A stretch of DNA of 64,000 nucleotides from Mytilus trossulus. Lineage: Eukaryota. Of this stretch, positions 25,501-39,087 are shown piece by piece. A model generated the notes under the pieces. That model saw only the letters and a program-made list of their open reading frames with translations, was not told the origin of the DNA and did not search any database. The first letter of the stretch is position 1; every line of letters begins with the position of its first letter. A program made the position numbers and the translations under genes. The DNA is taken from positions 15,376,001 through 15,440,000 of the forward strand of contig NC_086386.1 in the NCBI RefSeq assembly GCF_036588685.1, in the 5' to 3' direction.

Positions 25501-25779
25501 TAGAATTAAGCTATAAATATTAACTACTCATTATTCATCCTTATAACGCTATCTATTTCAAAAAGAGAATTTCTAGTTTATTCTCTTTTTTCAATGTTTT
25601 CTATTTGTGTAAACAAAAACCTCCAACAACAATTTAACTGCCATGATTGTAACACTACATATATATATAATTATGTTTGATGATGGTATCAAATAACACT
25701 ATACAACAAAACTTTGAGAACAATCTCAAGAAATATACACGTGGTACTTTACATGACCAAGACACGTAGAAATTATTTT

Positions 25780-26840
25780 AACAAGTATTTGGGAAATTTC
25801 CCCATAATGTTGATAACAAGTCAGATATCAATAGTTTGGGAAATTTCACCAAAAAAGATGATGACAACAGAAATCAATAGAATGGGGAAATTTCTCTAAA
25901 AATATGTTTACGAAAAAGAAATCAATAAAATGATGAAATCGCCACTAAATGATGAAATTTTAAAAGAAATCAATAAAAATTTGTAAGGGTTTCTCGCCTA
26001 CTTTTGCTGTAAATTGCAGGCTCAACAAAAATGAGGAAAAAAATCAATAAAAATATTCCTCTCGATACAATCTTCTGATTTTAAGAAGCTTCTGTCCAAG
26101 TTTGGTTAAAATCCAGGATAGTTTATGAATCTGATAAATGTTTTAAAAACAACTGCAGACTGTACATGTATGTATGGTTAACTGGCAGAAAATATAAGTT
26201 CATTTAAAAGAAAAATACGGAAAAAATGGATTTATTTTTTTACAAAATTTACTTCTGGATACTATTTTATGATCATAATTGATCTTCTGTCCAACTTTGG
26301 TACAAACCCAGGATAGTTTAAGAAAGTTATTAAAATTTTAAAAACTTTAACAACAGGGTAAATGTAATGTTTCCCCGCAGAAAAACTAAGTCCATTTAAA
26401 AGTAAAATATGGCAAAAACGGATTTATTTTTTTACAAAATTTACTTCTGGATACTATCTTATGATCATAAACAAGCTTCTGTTCAAGTTTGGTTGAAATC
26501 AATTATAGTTTAAAAAAGTTATTAAAATTTCAAAAACTTTAACCACAGAGTGAATATTTGTTGACGCCGCCGACGACGCCGACGACGACGGAATGTAGGA
26601 TCGCTTAGTCTCGCTTTTTCGACTAAAGTCGAAGGCTCGACAAAAAGGGAAAATTTCCCCTTAAATGACGATGACCAAAAAGAAGTCAATAGAAAGGAGA
26701 AATCTCCTAGAAAAAATGATAACTAACAAGAAATCGATAGAATGGTGGAATTTCCCTAAAAAAATGATAACGGAAACGAAATCACTAAAATGGGGAAATT
26801 TTCCCAAAAAATTGATAACCAAAAAGAAATCAAAAGATGA
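25780..26840. repeat. ~40-bp minisatellite (AAATCAATAGAATGGGGAAATTTCCC..AAAATGATAAC) split by an inserted element
   Basis: Units at 25780-25980 resume at 26645-26840. Confidence 0.7.
25984..26646. mobile_element. Helentron/HINE-like element
   Basis: Internal ~190-bp repeats (CTTCTGTCCAAGTTTGG-like x3), a CGA/CGC microsatellite and the terminal hairpin TTCGACTAAAGTCGAA. Confidence 0.7.
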
Positions 26841-27132
26841 ATTGTATATTACTTTTAACTAAACACCTAGATGGACCGAGCCTATGAACATTCAAAAACA
26901 ACCTTTACACAAGCCTTGTATATCATAGAAATAAGTCATTTAGGATCAATGTATTTATATATTCTGTGACTGTATCTTACATTAATTTGCAGGATCCTTT
27001 ACTATAGATAATTTAGCTGATCTGTAACAATAACATCTTCATGCCTTATATATCATGTACTGTAGTACGCCGCTAGATTAAAACTGACGAGGAAAGGTAA
27101 CACATGGCCAGCGAAAGCTCTATTATTGTACA

Positions 27133-27230
27133 GCCCAGGTGGTCGTGTGGTCTAGCGGGACGGCTGCAGTGCAGGCGATTTGGTGTCACGATATCACAGT
27201 AGCATGGGTTCGAATCCCGGCGAGGGAAGA
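27133..27230 (+). mobile_element. tRNA-derived SINE-like head
   Basis: A-box-like TGGTCGTGTGG and B box GGTTCGAATCCC; no convincing cloverleaf. Confidence 0.6.
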
Positions 27231-27247
27231 ACCTAAAATTTGCGAAA

Positions 27248-27550
27248 GATCTTTAGATTAATATAACAAAGAAGTGTATAAAGTTTTAAGCAATAATCAT
27301 AAATTATTTTTGAGATACGGCGCAACATGTAAAAAAAACTCCCCCTTTTTTTTACAAAATACTCAATAACTCAAAAATGAAATTTTGAATCATCACCAAA
27401 AAGTATACAGATCTTTAGATTAATATAACAAAGACATGTGTAAAGTTTTAAGCAATAATCATAAATCGTTTTTGAGATATGATGCGACATGTTAAAAAAC
27501 CCTCCCCCTTTTTTACAAAATACTCAATAACTCAAATATGAAATTGGAAT
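27248..27550. repeat. ~162-bp tandem repeat x ~1.8
   Basis: GATCTTTAGATTAATATAACAAAGA at 27248 and 27410. Confidence 0.8.
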
Positions 27551-28790
27551 CAACTTGAATAGTCTTTTTGCCAAACCCAAAAATAGCGGAAATGGTATCA
27601 TAACCAGTTAAAGCATGAACTGCAGGGAGAATGTTAGCTAGCAAAGGTGAAAGAGATTCACTTAACTCATGGATTGGTATATACCTTCTACAGTCCCTAA
27701 GAGAATTAGTTGATCCCGTCAAAACCCACCTTTGTTCAGTCCACACAAGAACCTTAAAATAATGAACACAGAGCACAAGCACATCTGTATCGAAACACTT
27801 GACTATGATTCGTCCCCTTCTATTCAACTGCTAAATTTTATCAGAGTGTATAACATGAAGCAAGATTCTTGTGTCTGCTTCTTCGTGCGAATAGAAAAGT
27901 CTGGGAGACCGATTTCATGCTCATTAGAGAGTTGTCGCACTATTTCTGGATTTAAACTAAATATTTATTTTCCTCCTGGAATATATCAGACAAATTGCTG
28001 CTCAGATAATAACCAAGGAAAGTAATCAGAGCTTGCTTGTTTTTGTTGTTTGATAGAAATTCTTTCCAGTCTGGAACAGTTCGGCTTTCACCGATATGAT
28101 CAACTTTTAGCGTAGTTGTTGTTGCCGATCGTCTATGTCGCTCTGCTGATTTTATGGAGTGTTCAGTGTCATAGCGATCGAAGACAGCAACAACCTTGTC
28201 TGTAAATCGGAAGCATGATTGTACCTGCATAATGTAAGATTTGGCCAAGTCTCCACATGTTAAGATCCTTTTAACATCAAATGACTGAACTGAGTTCATG
28301 CAATCTCTTATTAGTACGGTACCACTGTGGTCGAATGAAGGAATGTTAGAAACTGATCCTACTAAATTTTCCAATTCATGGGCAAGATCAGACATATTTG
28401 TCTTCCTCATACATTTGTTGTCATAGTTTCATCGTCATGAAATAATGCAGTGGGAATGGGACAAATTGAATAGGACAAAACAGTTTCCACAGGTACGTCA
28501 TCTCTACATTTAATTAGAGATAGTGCACGTCTAAACACAAGCTCGGGATTCAAATGACCTTTTACAACTTGCCCAGATTTGCATTTAAGTTGTACTTTGG
28601 GGTTCATATCTTCAAAGGTCTTTAGTCCTGATCTTTGAATGGGATTATAGTAAATGCTACTTGCCTTGTCTGTTGATAGAGATGACTCAACAAATATCTT
28701 CATTTTAGTTCTTCCAGTTTCAACTGATTTTAACAGTGAATCTTCAATATCGTTAGTAATGCTTAAAATGGTCTTTCGGTAACACATATA
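27550..28790 (-). mobile_element. Frameshifted transposase relic with an XPG/FEN1-like nuclease region (Academ/AcademX-like)
   Basis: Consecutive ORF pieces contain VAVFDRY..SIKSAER, FLSNNKNKQAL, DTDVLVL and HALTGYDTISAIFGFGKKT (the H2TH motif is normally GCD..S...G.GK). Confidence 0.72.
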
Positions 28791-29094
28791 CGAATATTTA
28801 TTTAGTTATATGTTAAAACACGACTTGTGTTTTGGCAACTCAAATGTTCTTGTGCATATTTATATAAGACTAGGAAAAAAAGTCACCGGAAAAAAAGTCA
28901 CGATATATGTTAGAGTAAAATTATTTATGAACATGAAAATGTCGCTACGTATATATATGCAATAAATAATTAAACTCTTAAAGACCTTCCGTCTAGCAAG
29001 CCCAAACGGGTCATCGACTGTAGCCAACGTACACCCCACGGGCGTACATTTATATTTTTATTTTTTATATTCTCAAACTAAGTATTTATATATA

Positions 29095-29885
29095 CACTAG
29101 AACACACCCGTTATATCGCGGGTCTGTGACTGAATTAAAGAATATAACTATGCGTAAGCCTTATTTTAGTATGTGTGATGTCATCTGATAAAGTCAAGCC
29201 GATTATAAGATGCACAGTTTTCTCTGCTTTCATCATCTTCAAAGTTCTGTTTAAACCCGTCGACCTGGAACTTATCAATTATTGGTATTACTAATTTTAT
29301 TTGGAAAACAAAAGCCTTGAAAAGAGCCTGGAAAGGAGAATTGTTTAGTCAACAGCATTTTCCTTTATGAGTTATAAATAAAGTTGAATTATTTGATTCG
29401 CTGTTTTACGTCATTCCGGATAACAAATTGAAAACTGTACATGCTGTACCTATACGCCTTATTTTAAGTCAAGATTTTTATCATTCGTATTGTCATCTTA
29501 GAAAGCCATACTGATTAAAATACTACAATCGGGAACATTGTGAGTGACAATGATTGAATTTAGTAGTGTCCACCCTGTGATTACGACCCTCGTATATAGC
29601 AAAAACATAAATACAGTAATTGGTGGTGCGCCTGTCAGATGCGGAACGTACAGAAAAGGTAATAGGTAACAGGTGAATATACTAATGGTATCGGTATTGG
29701 ATTCGACCCGAAACTTCTTAATTATTGGCAATATCAGGTATGTGGAAAACAAAAGGTCTGGAGTGGTGTAATAATTTTTTAGTCAACAGCATTGTACTAT
29801 ATTAGTTATATATAAAGTTGAATTCTTTGATTCATCGTTTTTACGCGATGACGGCTGACAAATTGGACCTCGTAATTTTAGTATT
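29095..29885. repeat. Interspersed element with an internal ~130-bp direct repeat
   Basis: TTTAGTCAACAGCATT..TAAAGTTGAATT..TTTTACG..ACAAATTG near 29344 and 29778. Confidence 0.5.
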
Positions 29886-30018
29886 GTTACGAATATGGTA
29901 TTATATCAACAGTTTATTCGGAACTATATGTTCTTGGCTTTTACCCTTATACATTTACACTACTACGTCATACCAAGGAATTCTGGGATTCCCCATGGAT
30001 TATTAGGCAGTCATTACC

Positions 30019-30325
30019 CACGGGGGGGGGGGGGTCTCTTCCTATATAAAGGTAACATACATGTATGTGCAGCTGGAATGGGTCCCTTTTTTGATCCGTC
30101 AAATATATCAATGGGGTGCAATTTTACCGAGGAAATATATCAATAGGTAATAATTGACCGATTGTGATATATCAATGGGTGATAAATATATGAATGGGTT
30201 ATGATTTCGCTGTGAAATATATGTATAGGTAGAGATTTCACAATTATTCAATATATGAATGGGGGTATTTTTAAAATCCCAGCTGCACACCTGTACCCAA
30301 AATCCCATGTTGAGACTCCCCCGTG
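30019..30325. mobile_element. hAT-like MITE, copy 1
   Basis: TIR CACGGGGG..GTCTC / GAGAC..CCCCCGTG; 8-bp TSD TCATTACC at 30011 and 30326. Confidence 0.88.
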
Positions 30326-32355
30326 TCATTACCCAAGTTGTTATCCAGATCGGACGTCCCAGATTGACGAGCGGCCTAAAAGACGACTTATGACTCAAGC
30401 ATAGAATTATGATATTATAGGTAATATACTACATACACATACCCCTATAAAATCATTACAGTATTATACAGTCATTCACAAAAAATGGGTACAATTACAA
30501 AATTACAGTGTCGCCGGCAAATAACCACAAAATGCAAGCTTAACATATGTCGCAGATAATCTTTTTCATGTTCTTAGTGATTAATATGTATACTAAAATA
30601 AAATTATATTCTTTTGTGATGTAAATCGTAAATATATTTGTGTGATTTTCTATTCAATATACGGAAATCACACCGTAATTCCGAATGTCGCCAAGAAAAA
30701 CTCCAAATATCGGTGTGAATTAAAATACTTCATTTCATCTAAATCATGATTAGATTTGCATTTTTTATTTGACACTATATTGATTTTTATCAACAAAAAT
30801 ATTTTAGAATCAAAAGTTATAATATACACTTTGATTTACCCATTAAACCAATGTCGCCGATAAACGTATAACCTACCGTACGTAACGTATCTTTAGGTAC
30901 AGTCAAAACATATTTATATGATTGGATATCATGCCCAAACTGACTTTAAGCAAAGTTGATACATCAAATATTAAAATCCTGCCTTTAACTTTTATTGCAA
31001 TGAAACGAAAAATAAAAAAAAATCTTCTTTTTCTCTTTTTTTCGATTGTCGCATATAAGAATCTAACCTACGTAACGCGTATTTTAGAAAAGCTATTACC
31101 TGTATATGATAATACAATCAATGCTGTGTATACGTATTATCATTGAAGTGTCAAGGTTATAACCTGTACACATTCTCTTCATTTAAGATCATATTACGCA
31201 TCACTAGAAATGTAGGTTTTTGTAGCTTTTTACCGCGCACATTCCGACCCATTTATAGTATAACCGTATACATACATTTGCTGCTTGCTTACTGATCGAG
31301 GCCCCGGATGGAGGTGAACATGAAATTATCGATGTAACATATTTATCATGTCAAAATTGTAATTATAGATAAATCATACTTACCGATTTTAAGATGTAAT
31401 ACGGTTTATTGAGAATCAAATATGTTCACATAACCAAATATGAAAAGTCTTTCTATATTATAACCAATCCGTATGAGTGTTTTCGTCGTCGTGCACACAG
31501 CCATTCCACATATATATCTATTTTAGAAATAGGTATTTCCCGAAATTCTAAAAATAGTTTTATATTATGTACATGCTCTTATCGAAGTAGATTTATCGTT
31601 CAGAGCATAGGGTTAACTAATTATCTAACGGCAAATAATGTTCAACGCTGTCACAAACACAAGCAAAGTGCATGCATCCGAAGCGCTTTTCCTGCATCTG
31701 CATCAGAAACGATAAAAGGCGAATATTTGGTAGACATGATCATCCAATATAAGAGTGGGCGTATTTTTAGAAAATTGATATTTAAACACGTATTGTCTTA
31801 TGAACAGAAGAAAGTTACAGAACGATAGAACTTATAGGCCCTTTTATGTAAATATTTTGTTATGCAAAAACACATTTTTTTTAATGACCGTAAAACAACC
31901 GTTAAGGAAATCAGGTTACTAAAATAGAGGGACTGACAAGTCAATTATTTATCCTCTCATTCCCACATCGCCACTTTTTTACTCATATTGTCTAGAACTA
32001 CTTCGATTTTACCCCTTTTACATTTATCAAAAGTTTGTCCTTGAATTCCCTCTTTTTTAAATTTGAAGTGCACATACACACACACCAACACACACACACA
32101 CACACATAATATATATACATGTAGACATGTATACTGACCGACTTTAGAAACGCAACACTAGATTATTGTTTTTTGTAATTTTTAAATGAATGTGTCACCG
32201 TCAAAAGCGAGGACTGCCTGTTACAAACGCCAAAATGATTATCAGAAAGGTCAACAAATTCTGTCTGACATGTTTTGGGCTCTGGTTTACGCCTTCTTAT
32301 TTGTTGAACCATTTAAATGGTTTTGGCAATTATGCGGTCGGAACTTGAGGGCTTT

Positions 32356-32668
32356 CACGGGGGGGGGGGGGGTCTCAACATGGGATTTTGGGTACAGGTG
32401 TGCAGCTGGGATTTTAAAAACACCCCCCATTCATATATTGAATAATTGTGAAATCCCTACCTATACATATATTTCACAGCGAAATCATAACCCATTCATA
32501 TATTTATCACCCATTGATATATCACAATCGGTCAATTACTACCTATTGATATATTTCCTCGGTAAAATTGCACCCCATTGATATATTTGACGGATCAAAA
32601 AAGGGACCCATTCCCGCGGCACATATGTATATACCTTTATATAGGAAGAGACCCCCCCCCCCCCTTAG
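32356..32668. mobile_element. hAT-like MITE, copy 2 (inverted relative to copy 1)
   Basis: Near-identical reverse complement of 30019-30325, with its own 8-bp TSD AGGGCTTT at 32348 and 32669. Confidence 0.88.
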
Positions 32669-33437
32669 AGGGCTTTAAAGGTTTTCCTTCAGCCAATTAC
32701 TTGGCAATTCAGATGACGGGAAACATTTATGGCATAAATCTGTATGCAATGGGGTCCGTGTAACACTTTTCAATTCAAAGTTTTAAAAAGTTTTGAAATT
32801 TTAGATTTTTGGAATTTTGATCAAAGTTTTAAAATATCAAAACTTCAAATTGTGTTAAAGTTTTGAAATTTTGAAATTTTAACCAAATTATTAAAATATC
32901 AAACTTCTAAATATCGTTTATAAATTTGATATTTTAGAAACTTGATCAAACTTTTAAAATACTAAACCTAATGTGCAATTTTGATTATTTCACTTTTTGA
33001 AAGTTTAATTTTTTAAATGTTTGCTAAAAATTTAAAAAATATAAAGGGGCGACAAGAGGGGTACCTGTAATCACTGATGTAAACACGGCTCTGATAAGAA
33101 CTATTCTTAGTTATAAATAAATAGCATGAAATATATCAAATCATTCTTAATTACAAAATAAATAATGAAAAGAAGAAGTCGGTTTTTTTTATGAAACATA
33201 TTAGACATCACATGGGATAACAGTATCCTGAAATTTTAAGGTTGTGCATCTATAAAAAAAAATATAATTAAACCTATGTAAACCGGAATCAACTAAGTTG
33301 ATTTAAATCTCTTATATAAGGTTAGCGTTTGAGATAAATAATTCAAAACTATTTTGTGTTCCCAGTGCCCAACATTCAGAAGTACCAGTGAAAAATGAAC
33401 AACTCGCAGTAAACCATATAGTATTATTTGCCTTTTT

Positions 33438-33482
33438 GACGTTCCTGATGAAGGTAGATCCAGAAAAAGCGCCTCGGTGGGC
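33438..33482 (+). ncRNA. Degenerate hammerhead-like motif of a second family
   Basis: GTTC-CTGATGA-AGGTAGATCCA-GAAA-AAGCGCC-TC-GG; core present, stems imperfect. Confidence 0.45.
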
Positions 33483-34935
33483 TGGCATACAACTTAAAAC
33501 GTTTTCCTTTCTTGTTTATCGATTGCATGATGATAATATATTGCCTTTTATGGTGTATTTCAGTTCCAAGAAATGATACGGAAGGAATACTTAAATATAG
33601 CGTCGCAATAAAAGTTGTGCTAGGCGTATTTCAGCTGGCCCCTCGACAAAAAAGTGTACTGGTTCAGCGATTATAGACGTAATACTAAACTCCGAAACAT
33701 AACAATGAACTAAAATCAAAATCATACAAGTAACGTAGAAGGACAGAGGCTCCTTGATTGGGACAGGCGCACAAATGCGGCGGGGTTTAACATGTTTCGT
33801 GAGATCACAACCCTCCCCTTTACCTCTAGCCAATAAAGAATGAAAAACACACAGTAATACGAACAGTAAAACGCACTTCAATAGGAAATATAAGTCCTAT
33901 GTCAGAATAGGAAACAAACTAAGAAACTAATTAACATGCATGACAATGATAATAAAATAACAAAGGACTACGATACATAAGGCTAGCAGTTACTGTCATA
34001 CGCCAGCTCCAGACCTCAATTAAACTAATTGAAAGGTTTTATATGTCCTCATTATGCACACTCTCTCCCTGTTGCATTTATTGCTAATTTGTTCCAGAAC
34101 ATTCATGAAATATTTGTCACTGACAACAACAAAAAATCGATAATTTAAAATAGGTTGTTTAAATACAAATTGCGAAGAAACGTAAGATTCAACTTCCGAG
34201 GACAAAGTTGCCCTTATAGATGGATTTAAATATGTTTTAACTTCACTTTGGTCAAACATCTCTTTAATTGTTTCGTTCTTATTTTGCTTGAATTTCAAAT
34301 TTCAGTTTCAGCGTTCCGTATGTGAATTCTTTACTTCAAATTCTGCGTTTAACATTGTACTGGTTTTTCGAGAGTGACATTGGTGTACGGCCAAAAATGG
34401 AGAAAATCCATCATGCAGCTGACAGTTAGGCTTCTCTTTGCACGCCCAATTCTGACTGGGTGTACATGTGAACTTTTAGTTTGCTAAAAGTCGATTGTCG
34501 TACGATAACTTCAAATATAAATACCCAAATAACAAAATGCAAATACGGGACAGTAATATCCTTTAATACAAAAAAATCTATTCCTTTTGTTTACTATAAT
34601 AAAACAGTGGTTGATTTAGAACCTATAATGGAGCTACGTGTATGATAACCAGTCCAAACGTAATCTTTAAGGTAGCAACCATGTAACTTTAAAAGTGGGG
34701 TGAGGTTGTTTTGTCGAAGCGCTAACAATTTTATTAAGTTTTTCATCGCCATTTATCAACTGTCTGGTTCAAAATTTAACACTAAAAGGCATGGATAATT
34801 TTTCTTTTGTCCTCTTCTGGCACAGAATATTATATCATCAAATTAGGGATCAGAATATTTTAATGTACCATTATCGAAGCCCCTAGTGGTAGTATCAAAT
34901 AAAAAACAGGGACTATCTAAATAGTTTTCGTAATT

Positions 34936-35725
34936 TTCACGCGTATTTCGACATTTAAGTCCTGTAATATGCGTTGCGGAACATGTTGACTATACATTTT
35001 GTTCCTCTCGTTATAAGCTTTCGAAGGAGGTATAAATTTTATCTATAATTAGGGGCTAAAGGGTCGCAGCAGTCCATTCCATTATTCAAAATATCCATTC
35101 CATTATTCAAAATATCCATTTCTTTATTCAAAATTGGCTATTTCTTAACTTTCACGCGTATTTCGACATTTAAGTCCTGTAATATGCGTTGCGGAACATG
35201 TTGACTATACATTTTGTTCCTCTCGTTATAAACTTTCGAATGATGTATATAAATTATCTATAATAAGGGGCTAAAGGGTCGCAGCAGTCCATTCCATTAT
35301 TCAAAATATCCATTTCATTATTCAAAATTGGCTATTTCTTAACTTTCACGCGTATTTCGACATTTAAGTCGTCTAATATGCGTTGCGGAACATGTTGACT
35401 ATAGACATTTTGTTCCTCTTGTTATAAGCTTTCGAATGAGGTATAAAGTTTGTCTATAATAAGGGGCTAAAGGGTCGCAGCAGTCAATTCCATTATTCAA
35501 AATATCCATTTCATTATTCAAAATTGGCTATTTCTTAACTTTCACGCGTATTTCGACATTTAAGTCCTCTAATATGCGTTGCAGAACATGTTGACTATAG
35601 ACATTTTGTTTCTCTCGTAATAAGCTTTCGAATGAGGTATAAGGTTTATCTATAATTAGGGGCTAAAGGGTCGCAGCAGTCCATTCCATTATTCAAAATA
35701 TCCATTTCATTATTCAAAATTGACT
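34936..35725. repeat. ~195-bp tandem repeat x4
   Basis: TTCACGCGTATTTCGACATTTAAGTC at 34936, 35151, 35345 and 35541; the first unit has an extra ~21-bp internal duplication. Confidence 0.93.
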
Positions 35726-36666
35726 AACATGTTTAGTCCCGTCACATTATTTATGTATGTGTCTGTCCCAAGTCAGGAGTCTGTTATTTAGTGGTTGTCG
35801 TTTGTCTATGTGTTACATATTTGTTTTTCGTTCATTTTTAAAAATAAATCAGGCCGTTAGTTGTCTTGTTTAAATTGTTTTACATTGTCTTATTGGGGCC
35901 TTGTATAGCTTACTATGCGGTATGGGCTTTGCTCATTGTTGTAGGCTGTACGGTGAGCTATAGTTGTTGATGTCTGTGTCATTTTGGTCTTTTGTGGATG
36001 TTTGTTTCATTGGCAATAATACCACATCTTCTTTTTTATATTTCCTCATTGTTATGCCTATTGTGGCATTTAGGTCGTCCGTAAACCCTCTTATGATCAT
36101 TGCGAATCAAAATATAGCTGTAGTGTCACGGTCAAATTTTTTTATATTTTTTTCACTATTCACCGCTTCAATTTGAATAATGAAACATAAACCATTTCAT
36201 TATTCATTATTCATTTTTCAATATTGAATAGTGAATAATGAACTATTTCATTATTCATTATTGAATAATGAATAATGAACTATGAATAATGGACGTACTT
36301 CAGCCCGGTATCTAAATATTGGTTCCCCAGACAATTACCATTTATCGCTGATAAAAACTTTTGAACACAATTTTCAACTTTCAAAATGCCGACACCTACA
36401 ACTGGATAGATGGGTGCTTAATGTAGTACAGCGGCAACTATTACATAAACATGAATGCAAGTTGGGTGCTTAATGTAGTACAGCGGTAATTATTACATAA
36501 ATATGAATGCTCGTGAAAATAATGTTTATGGTGTACGTTTATATATGATATATGAAAGGTTTCAACTTTTACAAAACCAGAGCTATACGTTGGATTTAAA
36601 AGTTTATTTTATTTGGCCTTTTCAATTTTATTTGACTTTATTTGCCTTTTTAACTTAATTTGATTC

Positions 36667-36716
36667 GAGTGTCAATGATATAAGTCTTTTGTATTAACGA
36701 AACGCGCGTCTGGCGC
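36667..36716 (+). repeat. Retrozyme-family fragment with destroyed hammerhead core
   Basis: GAAACGCGCGTCTGGCG is retained but CTGATGA is lost. Confidence 0.6.
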
Positions 36717-37676
36717 AAAAACCGGCAAAATTTATATTCCGGTATCCATCTATGATGAGTTTTTGTAGATACCTTGTAACAGTATATTGGCTCCAATTTG
36801 CTGATATTGGATCCTTTTACCGTCTTAATTTCAGCGTAAAAAAGATTATATTAAAAACCTCCCATACTGTGGACTAGCACAACCTTAAACCATGCATTCA
36901 GTATCATGAAGCGCTTTTCTTGATCGACCTCCTTACGGAACGCTTAAAGCTGAATATTTAGGGCAAACAACTTACAAAGAACAGATAAAAACGTTTAAGA
37001 TGATCTTTCATTCTGTACATGAAATGATATATTCTTTAGCCAACATGATTGTAGAAAGTAAGAAGTCGTAAAGCAAAACAGAAAAAAATGAAATCAAAAG
37101 AGATAATACATCGTGTATTGGGCCTTTTTATGGCTTAGAGTTTAGTAGAAAATGTATATACATGCTCAACATAACCATACTATTTGACCCCCCCCTTTTC
37201 CTTTGTTCTGGGTTGGGAAGTCCCCTTTTTAAAATGGCTGGGTCCGCCCCTGCTTAAGGTCTGATTCAGTTTTTTTTATTTCTCAGTCTTGGCATTCAGC
37301 ATTTTTTTAACTGGGTTAAGTGAGGCAAAGGATTGAAAGAACTGTTTTACAAAGCAAAATTAAATGAAACAATCTTTCATGGTTCCCAAATTTCTCTTTA
37401 AGAAATTCGTGCGACTTCAAAAATTCGGTATGTTAAATAACCACAGGTAAGTCAGATTTTGATTTCTTGCAAAGAGAAAGAAGTATGGTATGCATGAAAA
37501 GTAGTTTTGAATCCACAAATAATCATAAAAATTGGATTTAAAAGACCTTCAAAATGATACATGTCATATGTTTATAATAATGTCATTGTACAGAGAGAAC
37601 ATTAACCAAATAAAGAATGAAAAAAGAAATAAAAAAAAATTTCCGAAAGATTATACATTTTTTATTTCTTTTTTAA

Positions 37677-39087
37677 GGAAGCTCGCTTGTCATGTTTTGA
37701 AATTTTGGTCAGATTTTAGGAATCCTCTGGTTTTAACCATTTTAGTGCCTTAATAAATTTTGCCCGGTGACCCCCATTTTTATGTCATCCGATGGACTAT
37801 GTCGGGTGACATATTGCTTTTCCTTTGTTTCTTTTTCTGTATTATTATTATTATATTTCCACATATTTTGTTCGGCAGTTTTCTCGGAGCCAATGAAACC
37901 AATCTTAATGATAGTTAGGTATAATGAGGAACACAAAATTTCGGGTTGCAGTAGGTCTTAAGACCATTAAAAATGGCTGCCGTAAATTCCAGTTTTTGGT
38001 TTTGGTGAATTATTTGGATTTGCTTTAACTTCTTTTGGCAATCATTGGAACTATCATGTTGACATGGAAACTACACCAAAAAATTTCAAAATATCAAAAT
38101 TCGATAAATTTAATAAAACGTCACAGTAATGATGAGCAACATTGATAGATGTGCATTTTGGCGTTGGAATTTTCAAAACATCTGCTGTTACCATGGAAAC
38201 AATGCAGAAATGGTCAAAATGCTTCAAAAACCTTCAAGTGGCATTTACTCACTTAAAATGGTAGGTCAAATCCATTGAAACTTTGATGGTATGTTCCCTC
38301 CCATGTACCAAAGCAGCATCTGTCATTAAAATTTTGGAATGATCTCTATTACCATAGAAACCAGCTAGAATGTCAAAAATTTCAAAAATTTCAAAATGCT
38401 CCATAATTTATAAAACTTAATATGATTGTTGACTGTCGAGAGTGCATGAGACTGTTGAAGTTTGAATTTCCAAAATGGCCATTGTTGTCATGGAAACTGC
38501 AAAAATGTCAAAAAGTTTCGAAATGCTCCAAACTGAAGACACTTAATATTATTGTTAGCTGGCATGTATAGATGATATTTTTGACTTAAAGTTTGGAATT
38601 TTCAAAATGGCTGCCGTTGCCATGGAAACATCAGAATATGAAACTTTTTACAATGATCTAAATGTACAGAAAATTTACAGAAAGATATATCGCAATTCAT
38701 AGATCTGTATTCACTGTTTAATTGTTTTGAACTGGCTGCCGCTTAGTGGCAATAGGGGAAGGGTGATATCCGCTATAATAATTGCTTGCAATGGCAATTC
38801 TAGTTGTATTTATATTTTTTTCACATATATAATGATAAGCTGTCTGTTTAAATTTTTTAGAATTTTGTTTTTTTTCATAGTTTTTTGGGACTTAAACTTG
38901 TCAATGATAAAGCTATGAAAAGTCAAGAGAGAACATGTTCCCGCCAAAATTGTAATGGCTAATATATCGAAAACACAGTGACGTATATATTTTTTTTGCT
39001 GTTTGAATTCCTATATAATTCATCCCCTATTAATATAAACTAGTGTTTTTCAAAGTTAATTACTTTGAAACTGAGAAGCGAACTCCC
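37677..39087. mobile_element. Kolobok-like TTAA-flanked MITE containing a nested HINE-like element (~37780-38805)
   Basis: TTAA|GGAAGCTCGCTT ... AAGCGAACTCCC|TTAA. The nested part begins with the hairpin ATGTCATCCGA..TCGGGTGACAT, followed by (TAT)n and repeated CAAAATGGC..CCATGGAAAC units. Confidence 0.65.

Noticed and set aside
27133-27230. Functional tRNA gene
   Set aside because: Has A/B boxes but no consistent acceptor or anticodon stems; a SINE-like head is more likely.
31409-31828. 139-aa plus-strand ORF
   Set aside because: Non-ATG start, no recognisable motif, no splice context.
30019-32668. Single composite transposon with 300-bp TIRs; ORFs 30108..30398 and 32186..32581
   Set aside because: Each repeat has its own distinct TSD, and the ORFs are chance read-throughs of the MITE.
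34936-35725. CRISPR-like array
   Set aside because: Whole units repeat with no unique spacers; eukaryotic context with no cas genes.
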